The notes under the pieces are model-generated. The model made no database searches, was not told where the DNA came from, and saw only the letters and a program-made list of their open reading frames with translations. A stretch of DNA of 64,000 nucleotides from an uncultured virus (IMG/VR IMGVR_UViG_3300021365_002389). Lineage: Duplodnaviria; Heunggongvirae; Uroviricota; Caudoviricetes. Made by a program: the position numbers and the translations under genes. The stretch lies in the IMG/VR virus record IMGVR_UViG_3300021365_002389, positions 1-64,000 of that record; one strand, 5' to 3'. Below, in pieces: positions 1 to 8,060 of this stretch. Positions within the stretch are counted from its first letter, which is position 1, and each line of letters opens with the position of its first letter.

Positions 1-512
1 CATCGGAAGTTCTTTGCTCCCATAATCTGGTGCTCTGGGTATTTCTCTTTGATTTTCTCGTAGAGGCTCCACATATCTGGGTTTTGTACTTTGCCGAAGT
101 GAATAACTGAACCAGGCTCGGGTGCGAAGCGGCTGATAAACTCTTCTAGCAATTTCGTAGCAACACCTTGTCCCTTGTGTTCCCGGCGGGTCTTCATGTA
201 ATCAATATAAAGAAAGGGCTTACCGTCGGAGGTTTCGCCTTGGCTGTGATAATCCAAGAACCCAATAATATCATCGCCTGACCCTGGGGCTTCCAAGTGT
301 CTCTTCTTAGTCATCCGTCCCGTGCGGGGATTACGATAACTATACTGGTCGGCAAAACCGAAGTCCCCACGGTAAGGTGGTTCTATGCTGGGGTCTCGCA
401 GGGCTAGTCTCTGAATGTTGCTGGCACGGTCATAAGACAAAGGCGATTTCTCTTCCACAAACTCTTGTGATTCTTTTAGAAATTGTCGCCACTCTGTTAG
501 TAGTTTTTTCAT
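1..512 (-). CDS. GNAT-family acetyltransferase with N-terminal leader MKKLLTEWRQFLKE (stop codon lies just off the window edge; not in ORF track)
   Basis: Hand translation from ATG 512 (ATGA overlap with the stop at 509-511) is open to base 1: MKKLLTEWRQFLKESQEF...IIGFLDY...FLYIDYMKTRREHKGQGVATKLLEEFI...AKNFR. The xxKGQGVAxxLL segment matches GNAT acetyl-CoA-binding motif A. Confidence 0.8.
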   Translation of the reverse strand, partial: MKKLLTEWRQFLKESQEFVEEKSPLSYDRASNIQRLALRDPSIEPPYRGDFGFADQYSYRNPRTGRMTKKRHLEAPGSGDDIIGFLDYHSQGETSDGKPFLYIDYMKTRREHKGQGVATKLLEEFISRFAPEPGSVIHFGKVQNPDMWSLYEKIKEKYPEHQIMGAKNFR

Positions 513-1339
513 ATGCCCACAGCCTCTGGGTATTTTGTTTTAGCAAACGCAATATATTTATCACGCAGTTCGTTGTAAAAGAAGTCTTTCAGTTCTTCTT
601 CTGTGTATTTTACTCTATATTCGCCGGGAGTTTCTTTCTCGTCTTCGGCGTTTATCTTGTCTCGGCGGCGGCGGAACATATCAAAGAATTGCTTGATACG
701 CATATCCAACGCTTCTGTGTAGGGCACCTTGTAATACTTTGCTCTTTTATAGACTTCTTTGGTGTAGGTGTCTGTTTCGGAGTCCGAAGCATAATATCCA
801 CGAATACCATCTATTTTATTGTAGTCCCATCTGGTCTGCGGGATTTTCAGGGGTTCTCTGGGCGGGAAAGCGGTGGCTAGCACATCATCAGTTTGTCCGC
901 CGTGCTGGATTTCGTGGATGGTGACAGCTTTGAGTTCACCAAGATATTCATTAAGGTCTTGCTCGTTGAAGCCAATGTCAAAATAACTATTGATTTTTAT
1001 GTAGTCGTCTTCCTTACCCTCACCAGGGACGCTCATATGCATCCCGCCTATCATAAACTTATCGCCTGTTTCTTCCGCTAGTTTTTTATCAATATGGAAA
1101 GTAAACTCAGCCATATACATCATATCTTCAAGTTCTTTTGGGAGAGTTTTACCTGCTTGATATTTCTTGCCGATTACGAGAATCAAATCCTTGCGTGAGT
1201 TTTGAACACCCTCACTGGGAATAACCTCGTCAATAATATATTTGACGTGAGGTATTACCTTGCGGGTCAGTTCTGTTGTGGCTGCTTCGTACCTTCCCTC
1301 TTGGAGAAAGCCTCGCCACTGTTCCATGATCAATTTCAT
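509..1339 (-). CDS. Putative zincin-like (HExxH) metalloprotein with leader MKLIMEQWRGFLQE; probable internal virion protein
   Basis: ORF track 509..1489; start revised to ATG 1339, immediately after the upstream stop at 1341-1343. Contains TIHEIQHGGQ and a downstream YYASDSE. Confidence 0.6.
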   Translation of the reverse strand: MKLIMEQWRGFLQEGRYEAATTELTRKVIPHVKYIIDEVIPSEGVQNSRKDLILVIGKKYQAGKTLPKELEDMMYMAEFTFHIDKKLAEETGDKFMIGGMHMSVPGEGKEDDYIKINSYFDIGFNEQDLNEYLGELKAVTIHEIQHGGQTDDVLATAFPPREPLKIPQTRWDYNKIDGIRGYYASDSETDTYTKEVYKRAKYYKVPYTEALDMRIKQFFDMFRRRRDKINAEDEKETPGEYRVKYTEEELKDFFYNELRDKYIAFAKTKYPEAVGI

Positions 1340-1340
1340 T

Positions 1341-1805
1341 TTATTTTTCCGAAAATGGACTTCGAGATTGCCATTCGTGAGATACACTATCTTCATCAAT
1401 TGGTCCACCTTTGGCCCAAGTGTAACAAGCACGGGCTGAATGGCATTTGAAGTGGTGCATCCAACAATAGCCAAGTTCTCCGTCTTCATCAGAGGTTACA
1501 CCGGGCATACACTCTTTCATTCGAGGGGAAATATCGAAAGCCGTGCAATTTGCGCACAAAGATTTCTTTGCTGCATCAACAGAGGTATCCCAATACTTTG
1601 CTATCTTTTCCCAATAATCACCAGGCTCGTCAACATTCAAAGGTCCATATTTAATATGGTCTGCATGGATGGAAGCATCACGGTTTTTGGTATTTAGTTT
1701 TAAATCTTGAGTTGCTGGTGGGCAAACATAATCCTTGACTGCTCCAATAACAACTTTCATTTCTTCTTGGAGAAAATTTCTCCACTCTGTCATTAGTTTC
1801 TTCAT
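1341..1805 (-). CDS. Cys-rich conserved phage protein with leader MKKLMTEWRNFLQEE; possible HiPIP-like metal/Fe-S domain
   Basis: Start revised to ATG 1805 (TAATG overlap with the upstream stop). Contains CANCTAF...GYCWMHHFKCHSARACYTW. Confidence 0.6.
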   Translation of the reverse strand: MKKLMTEWRNFLQEEMKVVIGAVKDYVCPPATQDLKLNTKNRDASIHADHIKYGPLNVDEPGDYWEKIAKYWDTSVDAAKKSLCANCTAFDISPRMKECMPGVTSDEDGELGYCWMHHFKCHSARACYTWAKGGPIDEDSVSHEWQSRSPFSEK

Positions 1806-3079
1806 TACCAAGCCTTACAGGACCAGTAGCGTGCTTTCGTTTTGGGTCCTGGGTTTTTACAGTTATGACGGGCACGAAAAGACTTTCGTCTTTCTGGGTT
1901 TGACTTTTTAATTTTCATGTTAGGATCCCCAAAGTTTACCTTCTTCACGTTTCCAGTCTTAGGGTCTTTAACATAAACTTTAGATTTCTTTACGTCGCCA
2001 CGCATAGGTTTATTAAGAGTAACCTTGCGTCCTTGGTACTCTGCCTCTTCAATAACATCATCCCAAAATTCGATATCTTCTGCAAGTGTGCCATCATCAT
2101 ACATAGCATCCGCAATGTGATAGTATTGTTCTTGTTGTTTAACCTTGAGGGATTCCTTAACAATTCTTGTAATACTTTCTCTCGTAATTTTTATTTTACT
2201 GATATTGATGTCCTTACGATTTGCTGCCTCTTCCTCTTCCTCTTCCTCTTCTTCTTCAGCGTCCTGGTCAGCGTAGGGATAAAAAACATCGACATTACCA
2301 GTTTTCATTGCTTTTGCAACCTTCTCAGGTTCACCAGCGTCTGGTTCAAGAACCGGCATCTTATCTCTGGACTCTGCCCACTCTGGAGGTGGTTTTTGAA
2401 CATTTTTAAGTTGTGTGACAAAATGCGCTTTGGCTTGCTCTACTCCACCGTAAGCCTCATCCAGGACTCTCTTAACGGTTTCTGCATCTACAAAATCGCC
2501 AACACCCTCTTGAACAAATTTATTGATCATATTATTGACGTCATCAATAGTAGCAGTCATGATATTATGTGGTGATGGCTTCTTTCTCTCGCCAGGGTGA
2601 AAAGCATCACCCATCAGTGCCAGAACCTGAACAAGGTCTTCACCAGGCATGTCAATCTGAAAACCTCCTAGTTCAACCTCTGGTCCGACTGCAAAAATGG
2701 AGGCAGCCCAACGATGATGACCGTCCATAATATAACCATCATTAGAAATAACTGCACCAAGGTCTCCGCCGGGTCCGTCTTTAAAGGGGCCAGGTAGCTT
2801 ACCTATCATAGAAATAGCCATACCAAGAGCTTGACCTAATTTAATTTCCTTCTGGGAGGGTTTTAAATCATCGGCGCTAAAATCAGATCTTTTGTCATAA
2901 GACACCTGATCGTCGTTGGGTGGACCTTTGTCTAATTCTGGTTTTCCAGCTTGTGCTACAAATTTTGCGTATTTTCCTGACTTGTCTGGTGTGGGGTATG
3001 GAAACTTTGAAGCATCAAAATCTTGCTCCTTAATAACTTTCCTAACCGCCTCAATTAAAATTGATTTTTTAATTTTCAT
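1805..3079 (-). CDS. Multidomain protein: leader + ParB/Srx-like domain + acidic linker + basic C-terminal phage domain
   Basis: LKPSQKEI...VISNDGYIMDGHHRWAA is a ParB/Srx-type motif, followed by an E10 tract, an internal leader-like KITRESITRIVKES and a Lys/Arg-rich C-terminus (VNFGDPNM...RKSFRARHNC...RYWSCKAW). Confidence 0.65.
   Translation of the reverse strand: MKIKKSILIEAVRKVIKEQDFDASKFPYPTPDKSGKYAKFVAQAGKPELDKGPPNDDQVSYDKRSDFSADDLKPSQKEIKLGQALGMAISMIGKLPGPFKDGPGGDLGAVISNDGYIMDGHHRWAASIFAVGPEVELGGFQIDMPGEDLVQVLALMGDAFHPGERKKPSPHNIMTATIDDVNNMINKFVQEGVGDFVDAETVKRVLDEAYGGVEQAKAHFVTQLKNVQKPPPEWAESRDKMPVLEPDAGEPEKVAKAMKTGNVDVFYPYADQDAEEEEEEEEEEAANRKDINISKIKITRESITRIVKESLKVKQQEQYYHIADAMYDDGTLAEDIEFWDDVIEEAEYQGRKVTLNKPMRGDVKKSKVYVKDPKTGNVKKVNFGDPNMKIKKSNPERRKSFRARHNCKNPGPKTKARYWSCKAW
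2228..2257. repeat. Low-complexity (GAAGAG)n tract encoding poly-Glu (E10) linker
   Basis: + strand ctcttcctcttcctcttcctcttcttcttc lies within ORF 1805..3079. Confidence 0.85.
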
Positions 3080-3876
3080 CCTTTTTTACCTGCCTTTGAT
3101 TTTTTGCCGTAGCTGCCTCGCTTGCCACACGCTGAGGGCGTGGGTCGGCACTTTGGATATTTAGCTCGTTTTTCGCCGCTTTCACGACCGCAGGCACTAC
3201 ACTTCTTTCTGCCCGTCTTTTTATCTTTGCGGCAAGTATTACAATCTACCCACCCGCTCTTGCTTCCCTTTTCACCTTTGCGACCAAACCACTTGCGCAA
3301 TCCTTCGCTGTCAGCTTCTTCGATAGCTTCTTCTTTTTTTACAGAGTTAATATATTTTCTGTATACAGCAGCGGCTGATGCTTTGCCAGCAGCTTTTGCA
3401 CGTTGCTCCATGGCGACAGCAGCCTGAACTTTATGGGCGTGTGACCTGCTAGAGCTTTTAATTTTAGACACGCTTTTTTTAGCGTCTGCTTCTGTAGCAA
3501 ACTTTAATCCGTGTATGGTGCCCTTGGGGTCTTCATCGGTATAGAGGTCACTGTGTTTTTTTGACTTAGACTTCTGTCCTTTTTTTCTTGGAATGCGAGG
3601 GTTAGTTTTTTTTTCAGCCAACTCTGCTATAGCTTCACGGATCATGTCACGAAGCGGGTCTTGTTCTAGACCCTCCTTTTTGCTTTTGTTACCCCAGTTG
3701 GCAGCACCAACTTTACGACACTTAACCAAGGCACCAGAAGCATATGCAGAAGGCCACACATCATAACGGGCTTTCACCTTATGATAACAGGCATCTTTTT
3801 TACCGCCACTCTTTTTCTTCTTCTCAAGAAGGGCTTCTTCAACCATTCCCCGAAGTTGTGATAGTGTAATCTTCAT
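3076..3876 (-). CDS. Highly basic multi-module phage protein with leader MKITLSQLRGMVEEALLE; probable internal head protein
   Basis: 266-aa Lys-rich ORF with modules KKDACYHKVKARYDVWPSAYASGALVKCRK, HSDLYTDEDPKGTIHGL and a Cys-rich WVDCNTC...CSACGR...PKCRP, separated by acidic helix-like segments. Confidence 0.65.
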   Translation of the reverse strand: MKITLSQLRGMVEEALLEKKKKSGGKKDACYHKVKARYDVWPSAYASGALVKCRKVGAANWGNKSKKEGLEQDPLRDMIREAIAELAEKKTNPRIPRKKGQKSKSKKHSDLYTDEDPKGTIHGLKFATEADAKKSVSKIKSSSRSHAHKVQAAVAMEQRAKAAGKASAAAVYRKYINSVKKEEAIEEADSEGLRKWFGRKGEKGSKSGWVDCNTCRKDKKTGRKKCSACGRESGEKRAKYPKCRPTPSACGKRGSYGKKSKAGKKG

Positions 3877-3885
3877 TCTGATTCC

Positions 3886-4833
3886 TCATGCCATTAAAGC
3901 AATCTTGAATAAATAGGCATCAGAATCAATAAAAGGCGCATCTTCTTTGCGCTGTTCATAAACTTCTTGTGGCATCTCGCCAATATCTTTATACCCAGAG
4001 GTGTCCATAAACCGAACCTCTACATCATAAGCCAGTAAAGCTTTCACAAGTCTCATGGCTTTTTTGTGTGCGTCAGCATCCAGCCCCAACAGGACAGGAG
4101 TGTCGTTTTTTACAATCTTCCTGAAAAGTCGGCTGTCTTCTCGCAGGGTTGAGCCGAGCAGCGGGATACTGTTCTCGCCAGCAACGATTGCATCAAAAAC
4201 ACCCTCAACCAAAGTGACCTCTCGTTCCCAGTCAATCAGCAGTTCATTAAATATGATGTCTTTGTTGCCGGGTCCGTTCATATACGGAGGCCAGATGTTC
4301 GGGTCATATGTGCGGGAAGTAAAAAAGTTACAATAACCTTCTTCGTCAAATGATGGGAGAATCAGTCTGTTTTTGTATTCGCCGGAAGCGCAGTAGCCTA
4401 TCTTCCAAAACAGAATGTCTTTCCCTACAACGGCACGCTTGCGTAAATAGTTTAGGGGGACTCTTGCGGAAGCAGGGTGTGTTCGTCCCGTAAGTGTTTG
4501 AAACTCATTTGGAAGGTCGATTCGTTGGCTAGTTTCTTCCTCCTTGGCAAACAGGTTGTCTAGGTCGCCCAACTCAATATCGGCGTCAAAGTCCTTCCAT
4601 CTATGGATGTGACTTATATCACCCCAACGCCTGACTAGGCGTCGTAAATTTTTAGTGCGCCAGTCACAAGTCCAACACTTAGCAACATTCTTGTCAAAGT
4701 TGACTGATAGTTTCTTTTTGTGATGACCGCAACATCGGGAAGTATAAAGATATTCCTTGCCCTGGCGGGATGGCCTGCCAAGGACTTCATCAAGGATTCT
4801 TTTCTTCTTCGCCGAGTTGGGATCGTTGAGCAA
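3886..4833 (-). CDS. Phage DNA primase (Zn finger + TOPRIM)
   Basis: N-terminal CCGHH...CWTC Zn-binding region; RLILP...FFTSR; TOPRIM motifs LVEGVFDAI and LDADA; KDIGEM. Confidence 0.85.
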   Translation of the reverse strand: MLNDPNSAKKKRILDEVLGRPSRQGKEYLYTSRCCGHHKKKLSVNFDKNVAKCWTCDWRTKNLRRLVRRWGDISHIHRWKDFDADIELGDLDNLFAKEEETSQRIDLPNEFQTLTGRTHPASARVPLNYLRKRAVVGKDILFWKIGYCASGEYKNRLILPSFDEEGYCNFFTSRTYDPNIWPPYMNGPGNKDIIFNELLIDWEREVTLVEGVFDAIVAGENSIPLLGSTLREDSRLFRKIVKNDTPVLLGLDADAHKKAMRLVKALLAYDVEVRFMDTSGYKDIGEMPQEVYEQRKEDAPFIDSDAYLFKIALMA

Positions 4834-5439
4834 TTAGTACCCTAGTTCTTTGAGTTGCCTAATCGTATTATCCACATCATCTGGATTATGTTTAATAGCG
4901 ATACCACCACCTTCTCGGAACTCGTTGACATACTTATCACGGTCGTCAATCAGAAGTCCTTGTTTTCCTTTCCAGACTCCATAAGGCTTCTTGCTATCCG
5001 AAAGATTGACTTTTTCAACTGGGACACCCAGTTCTCGCTCAACCCACATCCGCTTGCCGACCTTTGATCCCTCAGCCATGGGAGCCGACAAAATCTCAAG
5101 ACCTGGAATATCTTTAATATAATCCCAAAGTTCTTTGCCACCACGTTCCCAGCCGAGGTTGGCCCAAAGGTCAACGTCGTTCTCTACGAGTCGATACATG
5201 AAGTCTCTCGTACGGTAATTTCTCTTTAGGCTTCCTTCTTGATCGGAGCGGGCAATGTGCCACTTATCAATCTCAACATCCCAACCGCCAATCTCTTTGG
5301 CTGCCGAACGGGCAAGTTTGTGATCAGGATGATCTGGCTGATCTTTTAGTTCCCGAAGACGTTGGTTCATAAATCTTAGAACGCCATCCTCAAAATTGAC
5401 GAGGACACCATCCATATCGCTAAAGACTTGGTACTTCAT
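4834..5439 (-). CDS. HAD-family 5'(3')-deoxyribonucleotidase-like protein
   Basis: Motifs DMDGVLVNF, ILSAP, GKRMWV and LLIDDR. Start revised to ATG 5439, which has GGAGGT 6 nt upstream. Confidence 0.8.
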   Translation of the reverse strand: MKYQVFSDMDGVLVNFEDGVLRFMNQRLRELKDQPDHPDHKLARSAAKEIGGWDVEIDKWHIARSDQEGSLKRNYRTRDFMYRLVENDVDLWANLGWERGGKELWDYIKDIPGLEILSAPMAEGSKVGKRMWVERELGVPVEKVNLSDSKKPYGVWKGKQGLLIDDRDKYVNEFREGGGIAIKHNPDDVDNTIRQLKELGY

Positions 5440-5461
5440 AGGAGCACCTCCCTTCAACACT

Positions 5462-5489
5462 ATAATACCATATGTTTTTATTAGGTCAA
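5462..5489 (-). promoter_or_regulatory. Sigma70-type (early) promoter for the nucleotidase-primase genes
   Basis: - strand TTGACC-N16-TATTAT with an extended -10 TGn, in an intergenic gap, followed by a GGAGG ribosome-binding site. Confidence 0.6.
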
Positions 5490-5496
5490 GTAATTT

Positions 5497-6102
5497 TTAC
5501 TTGTTATCTTTTGCATCAAGATAGGCTGCTACAGCCATCTCTTGCTTTTTCTTTTTTGACTTGCCTTTAAATTGTGGGGCGTCAGAATCTCGAAAGTCCT
5601 TAACATAATCACCAGCGGTGGCGTCCTTGTCAAGTTTCTCCCCCATCACATGATCATATTCAAGATAGTGCTTGACGGCTCCGATATAGTCTGCTACCTT
5701 TGTCATTTTGCTCTGAATCCAGGCTGGAAACTCATCGCCGTCTTGAATATTGTCAAAGATTTCGGCAGCGTATTGGGCTGTTTTAAACATTTGGCGCTTT
5801 GCCATGTTCCCCTCGTGATCGTCATGATGTTTAACACCCATATCTATTGACTGCATTTTATCATAGCCCATTTCGTTTATGTCTCTTCTATTGCCTGCAC
5901 CAGTCGCAGCAGATGCAGCCTTAAATTGTTGCTGCGCAGCGTTCATGACGCTATCGGTGTCCATATCTTCGGCTGCTAATCTAGAAAGTATTCCGACTAT
6001 AGTACCAGCAGCCTCTTCCTCTTCGGGTCTCATTTCCAACAAGAGAGATCGTTGTATCTCTTCTTTTATCATGAATCTAAGGATATCGGTGTTTAATTCC
6101 AT
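5497..6102 (-). CDS. Multi-module phage protein with leader MELNTDILRFMIKEEIQRSLLLE; probable head protein
   Basis: 201-aa ORF with modules HEGNMAKRQM...FPAWIQSKMTKVADYIGAVKHYLEY and ATAGDYVKDFRDSDAPQFKGKSKKKKQEMAVAAY. Confidence 0.6.
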   Translation of the reverse strand: MELNTDILRFMIKEEIQRSLLLEMRPEEEEAAGTIVGILSRLAAEDMDTDSVMNAAQQQFKAASAATGAGNRRDINEMGYDKMQSIDMGVKHHDDHEGNMAKRQMFKTAQYAAEIFDNIQDGDEFPAWIQSKMTKVADYIGAVKHYLEYDHVMGEKLDKDATAGDYVKDFRDSDAPQFKGKSKKKKQEMAVAAYLDAKDNK

Positions 6103-6106
6103 GTCT

Positions 6107-6112
6107 TAAATA
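6107..6112 (-). promoter_or_regulatory. Candidate late promoter element TATTTA, 4 nt upstream of ATG 6102
   Basis: - strand AAC-TATTTA-AGAC-ATG; the same motif occurs upstream of four other structural-region genes. Confidence 0.5.
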
Positions 6113-6117
6113 GTTCG

Positions 6118-6696
6118 CTAATCAACTAAAACAATTTTTTCCGTTAGGAATCCTTTATTGTCTTTATTTCTTAATAAGAATTCCCCAGCACGAGCTATGA
6201 CAACGGCGTCCGCCTTATCATCAGTGCCTTTCTTATAGTTTTTGTTACCACGAGCCATCTCGTATTTAAATGATGTTTTCTCTTTTTCGATGACTGCCTC
6301 AATAACCATCTTTTTTCTTTGTGGACCTTTAGTGCCCCGTGGAAAAGAAAGGCCATAAAGAGTCCGAGCAGTATTAACATTAATATAAGTCGGAGAAAAA
6401 CCAAAACATTCAAAACATATCCAAGATGCTATGCCATTAAACTTTGCTAACTTTATTATCGTGTCTGCTCTAGATTTTCCAGGTAAGAATTTTTTCAACG
6501 CTGTTTCTACAAAAACATTTTCTACATCAAATTCTGATCTTAAAGTATAAAGATTGGCACCAACAAGTTCCGCTTTGTCAAACAAAGTATCGCACTTCGA
6601 TATATCCCAGCCCTCACAATAAACAAGAGTCCTAGAGTCTGGGTCTATAATTGCAACTCCAACCATGGTGGTTGAAATATCTAATCCTAAAATCAT
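6118..6696 (-). CDS. ruvC: RuvC-like Holliday junction resolvase
   Basis: ILGLDISTTMVGVAII, VFVE and DDKADAVVIA give the RNase H-fold acidic residues typical of RuvC. Confidence 0.8.
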   Translation of the reverse strand: MILGLDISTTMVGVAIIDPDSRTLVYCEGWDISKCDTLFDKAELVGANLYTLRSEFDVENVFVETALKKFLPGKSRADTIIKLAKFNGIASWICFECFGFSPTYINVNTARTLYGLSFPRGTKGPQRKKMVIEAVIEKEKTSFKYEMARGNKNYKKGTDDKADAVVIARAGEFLLRNKDNKGFLTEKIVLVD

Positions 6697-6707
6697 TACT
6701 TATTCTA

Positions 6708-8051
6708 TCAGAAGTCCATCTTTAATTTAAATGTAAAATCATCGGACTCTTTTTTCAAAACAGGATTTGCTAGTTTTGCTACACCAATAAGATTTTTATC
6801 TTTATCAAAAACCCCCACCTTACTAATAAAGACTTGTTTTTCAAAATCCTCTTCAGAAAGACAGAAATCATTTTGTGATGTATTTTTAATCTCTAAAAAT
6901 TCTGGCTCTCTAAATGTCCCTCTGTCATATTTTACTTTCTTGTTGGCTTTATCAGTCCAGCCTTTCATTGACGATGAGACCCATGTAGGATTTTGAGAGG
7001 AGTTCAGATCACCAGCCTCTGCTTCTGCAAACATTGTCATTACAGGAACTTCGTTTGTGCCCCTGAAAGACATCTCATATAGACTCGCACTTGGTGCAAG
7101 ATTGGACATAGTACCCGAAGAAAACGCTCCAAAGTAAATCCACTTAGGCAGTTTATGAGTTCCGTCAAATTCATAAGTATCACCACCAAAATTAGCATCG
7201 GCTGATCCTATGTCTGTTGACCCTGTAAGTAGAATAAAGCCCTCATTGTACAACACATTTCCAACAACCTGTCCACTAACTGGTGATGTTGTTGTTATGG
7301 AGATAAGTTCCCCGTTTTGTCTAACATCTTGTGCCTCATCAACTAGTGTCCCAGTGACAAAGAACTTTAAACTAATCGAACCTTTTTTAATTTTAGATCC
7401 ATAAAAGATCGAAGGTATGCTAATAAGATTTACTGATGCTGTTTCATAGCTCCCTGTATAGCCAAAAGTGTTAGAAAATCTTTTGTAAAAATCTAATGTG
7501 TTTCTTAGTGCGACGATTCTTTTTCTTGTTTCAAAGAATAAAAGTCCCCCACCACCAGTGTAAGAATTAGCGTTTGTAATAAAAGGCTTTGTCAATCGAG
7601 TCCCACGAAGATTGTCTGCGTTTGGGGTAGCTCCAACAGACGGTATAAATTCTCTCACCACGCTTGAAGTTAAAGGGTACTTGCCATAAAGAAAAGTCCC
7701 TGGTTGTGCTTCATTATAAACACCTCGTGATATATTCTTAAACGAAAAGTTTGTACCATCTTTAACAACGAAAGGCCTTATTAGAGCAGCCTCTCCTTGT
7801 CCATGACTAGCTGATCTAGCTATGCCGACGTTCAATTCGAACAAACTAATCGAGCCTGTAGGCACCTGTGGGTTGGTTGGGTGTTGGGTGCTTCCAATAA
7901 AAATTTCAGCAGACGAAGAATTAAAACCCGTAAACCTTGACCTATTTACAAACATTGATCCACTGTACATCGACACAGTGAACTGAGGTTCGGTCTTTAT
8001 ACTATTCCGAAATACAGAATCTCTAGAGAATTCGTGAAGGTAAGCCATCAC
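6708..8051 (-). CDS. Virion structural (tail/baseplate) protein, paralog of 8061..9200
   Basis: C-terminus FISKVGVFDKDKNLIGVAKLANPVLKK...FTFKLKMDF aligns with the neighbouring protein; S/T-rich; structural context. Confidence 0.6.
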   Translation of the reverse strand: MMAYLHEFSRDSVFRNSIKTEPQFTVSMYSGSMFVNRSRFTGFNSSSAEIFIGSTQHPTNPQVPTGSISLFELNVGIARSASHGQGEAALIRPFVVKDGTNFSFKNISRGVYNEAQPGTFLYGKYPLTSSVVREFIPSVGATPNADNLRGTRLTKPFITNANSYTGGGGLLFFETRKRIVALRNTLDFYKRFSNTFGYTGSYETASVNLISIPSIFYGSKIKKGSISLKFFVTGTLVDEAQDVRQNGELISITTTSPVSGQVVGNVLYNEGFILLTGSTDIGSADANFGGDTYEFDGTHKLPKWIYFGAFSSGTMSNLAPSASLYEMSFRGTNEVPVMTMFAEAEAGDLNSSQNPTWVSSSMKGWTDKANKKVKYDRGTFREPEFLEIKNTSQNDFCLSEEDFEKQVFISKVGVFDKDKNLIGVAKLANPVLKKESDDFTFKLKMDF

Positions 8052-8060
8052 AAACCGCCA

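Noticed and set aside
6118..6696. RuvC-fold protein as TnpB/Cas12 or a transposase
   Set aside because: Only 192 aa with a resolvase-type layout; no Zn ribbon, terminal repeats or adjacent non-coding RNA space.
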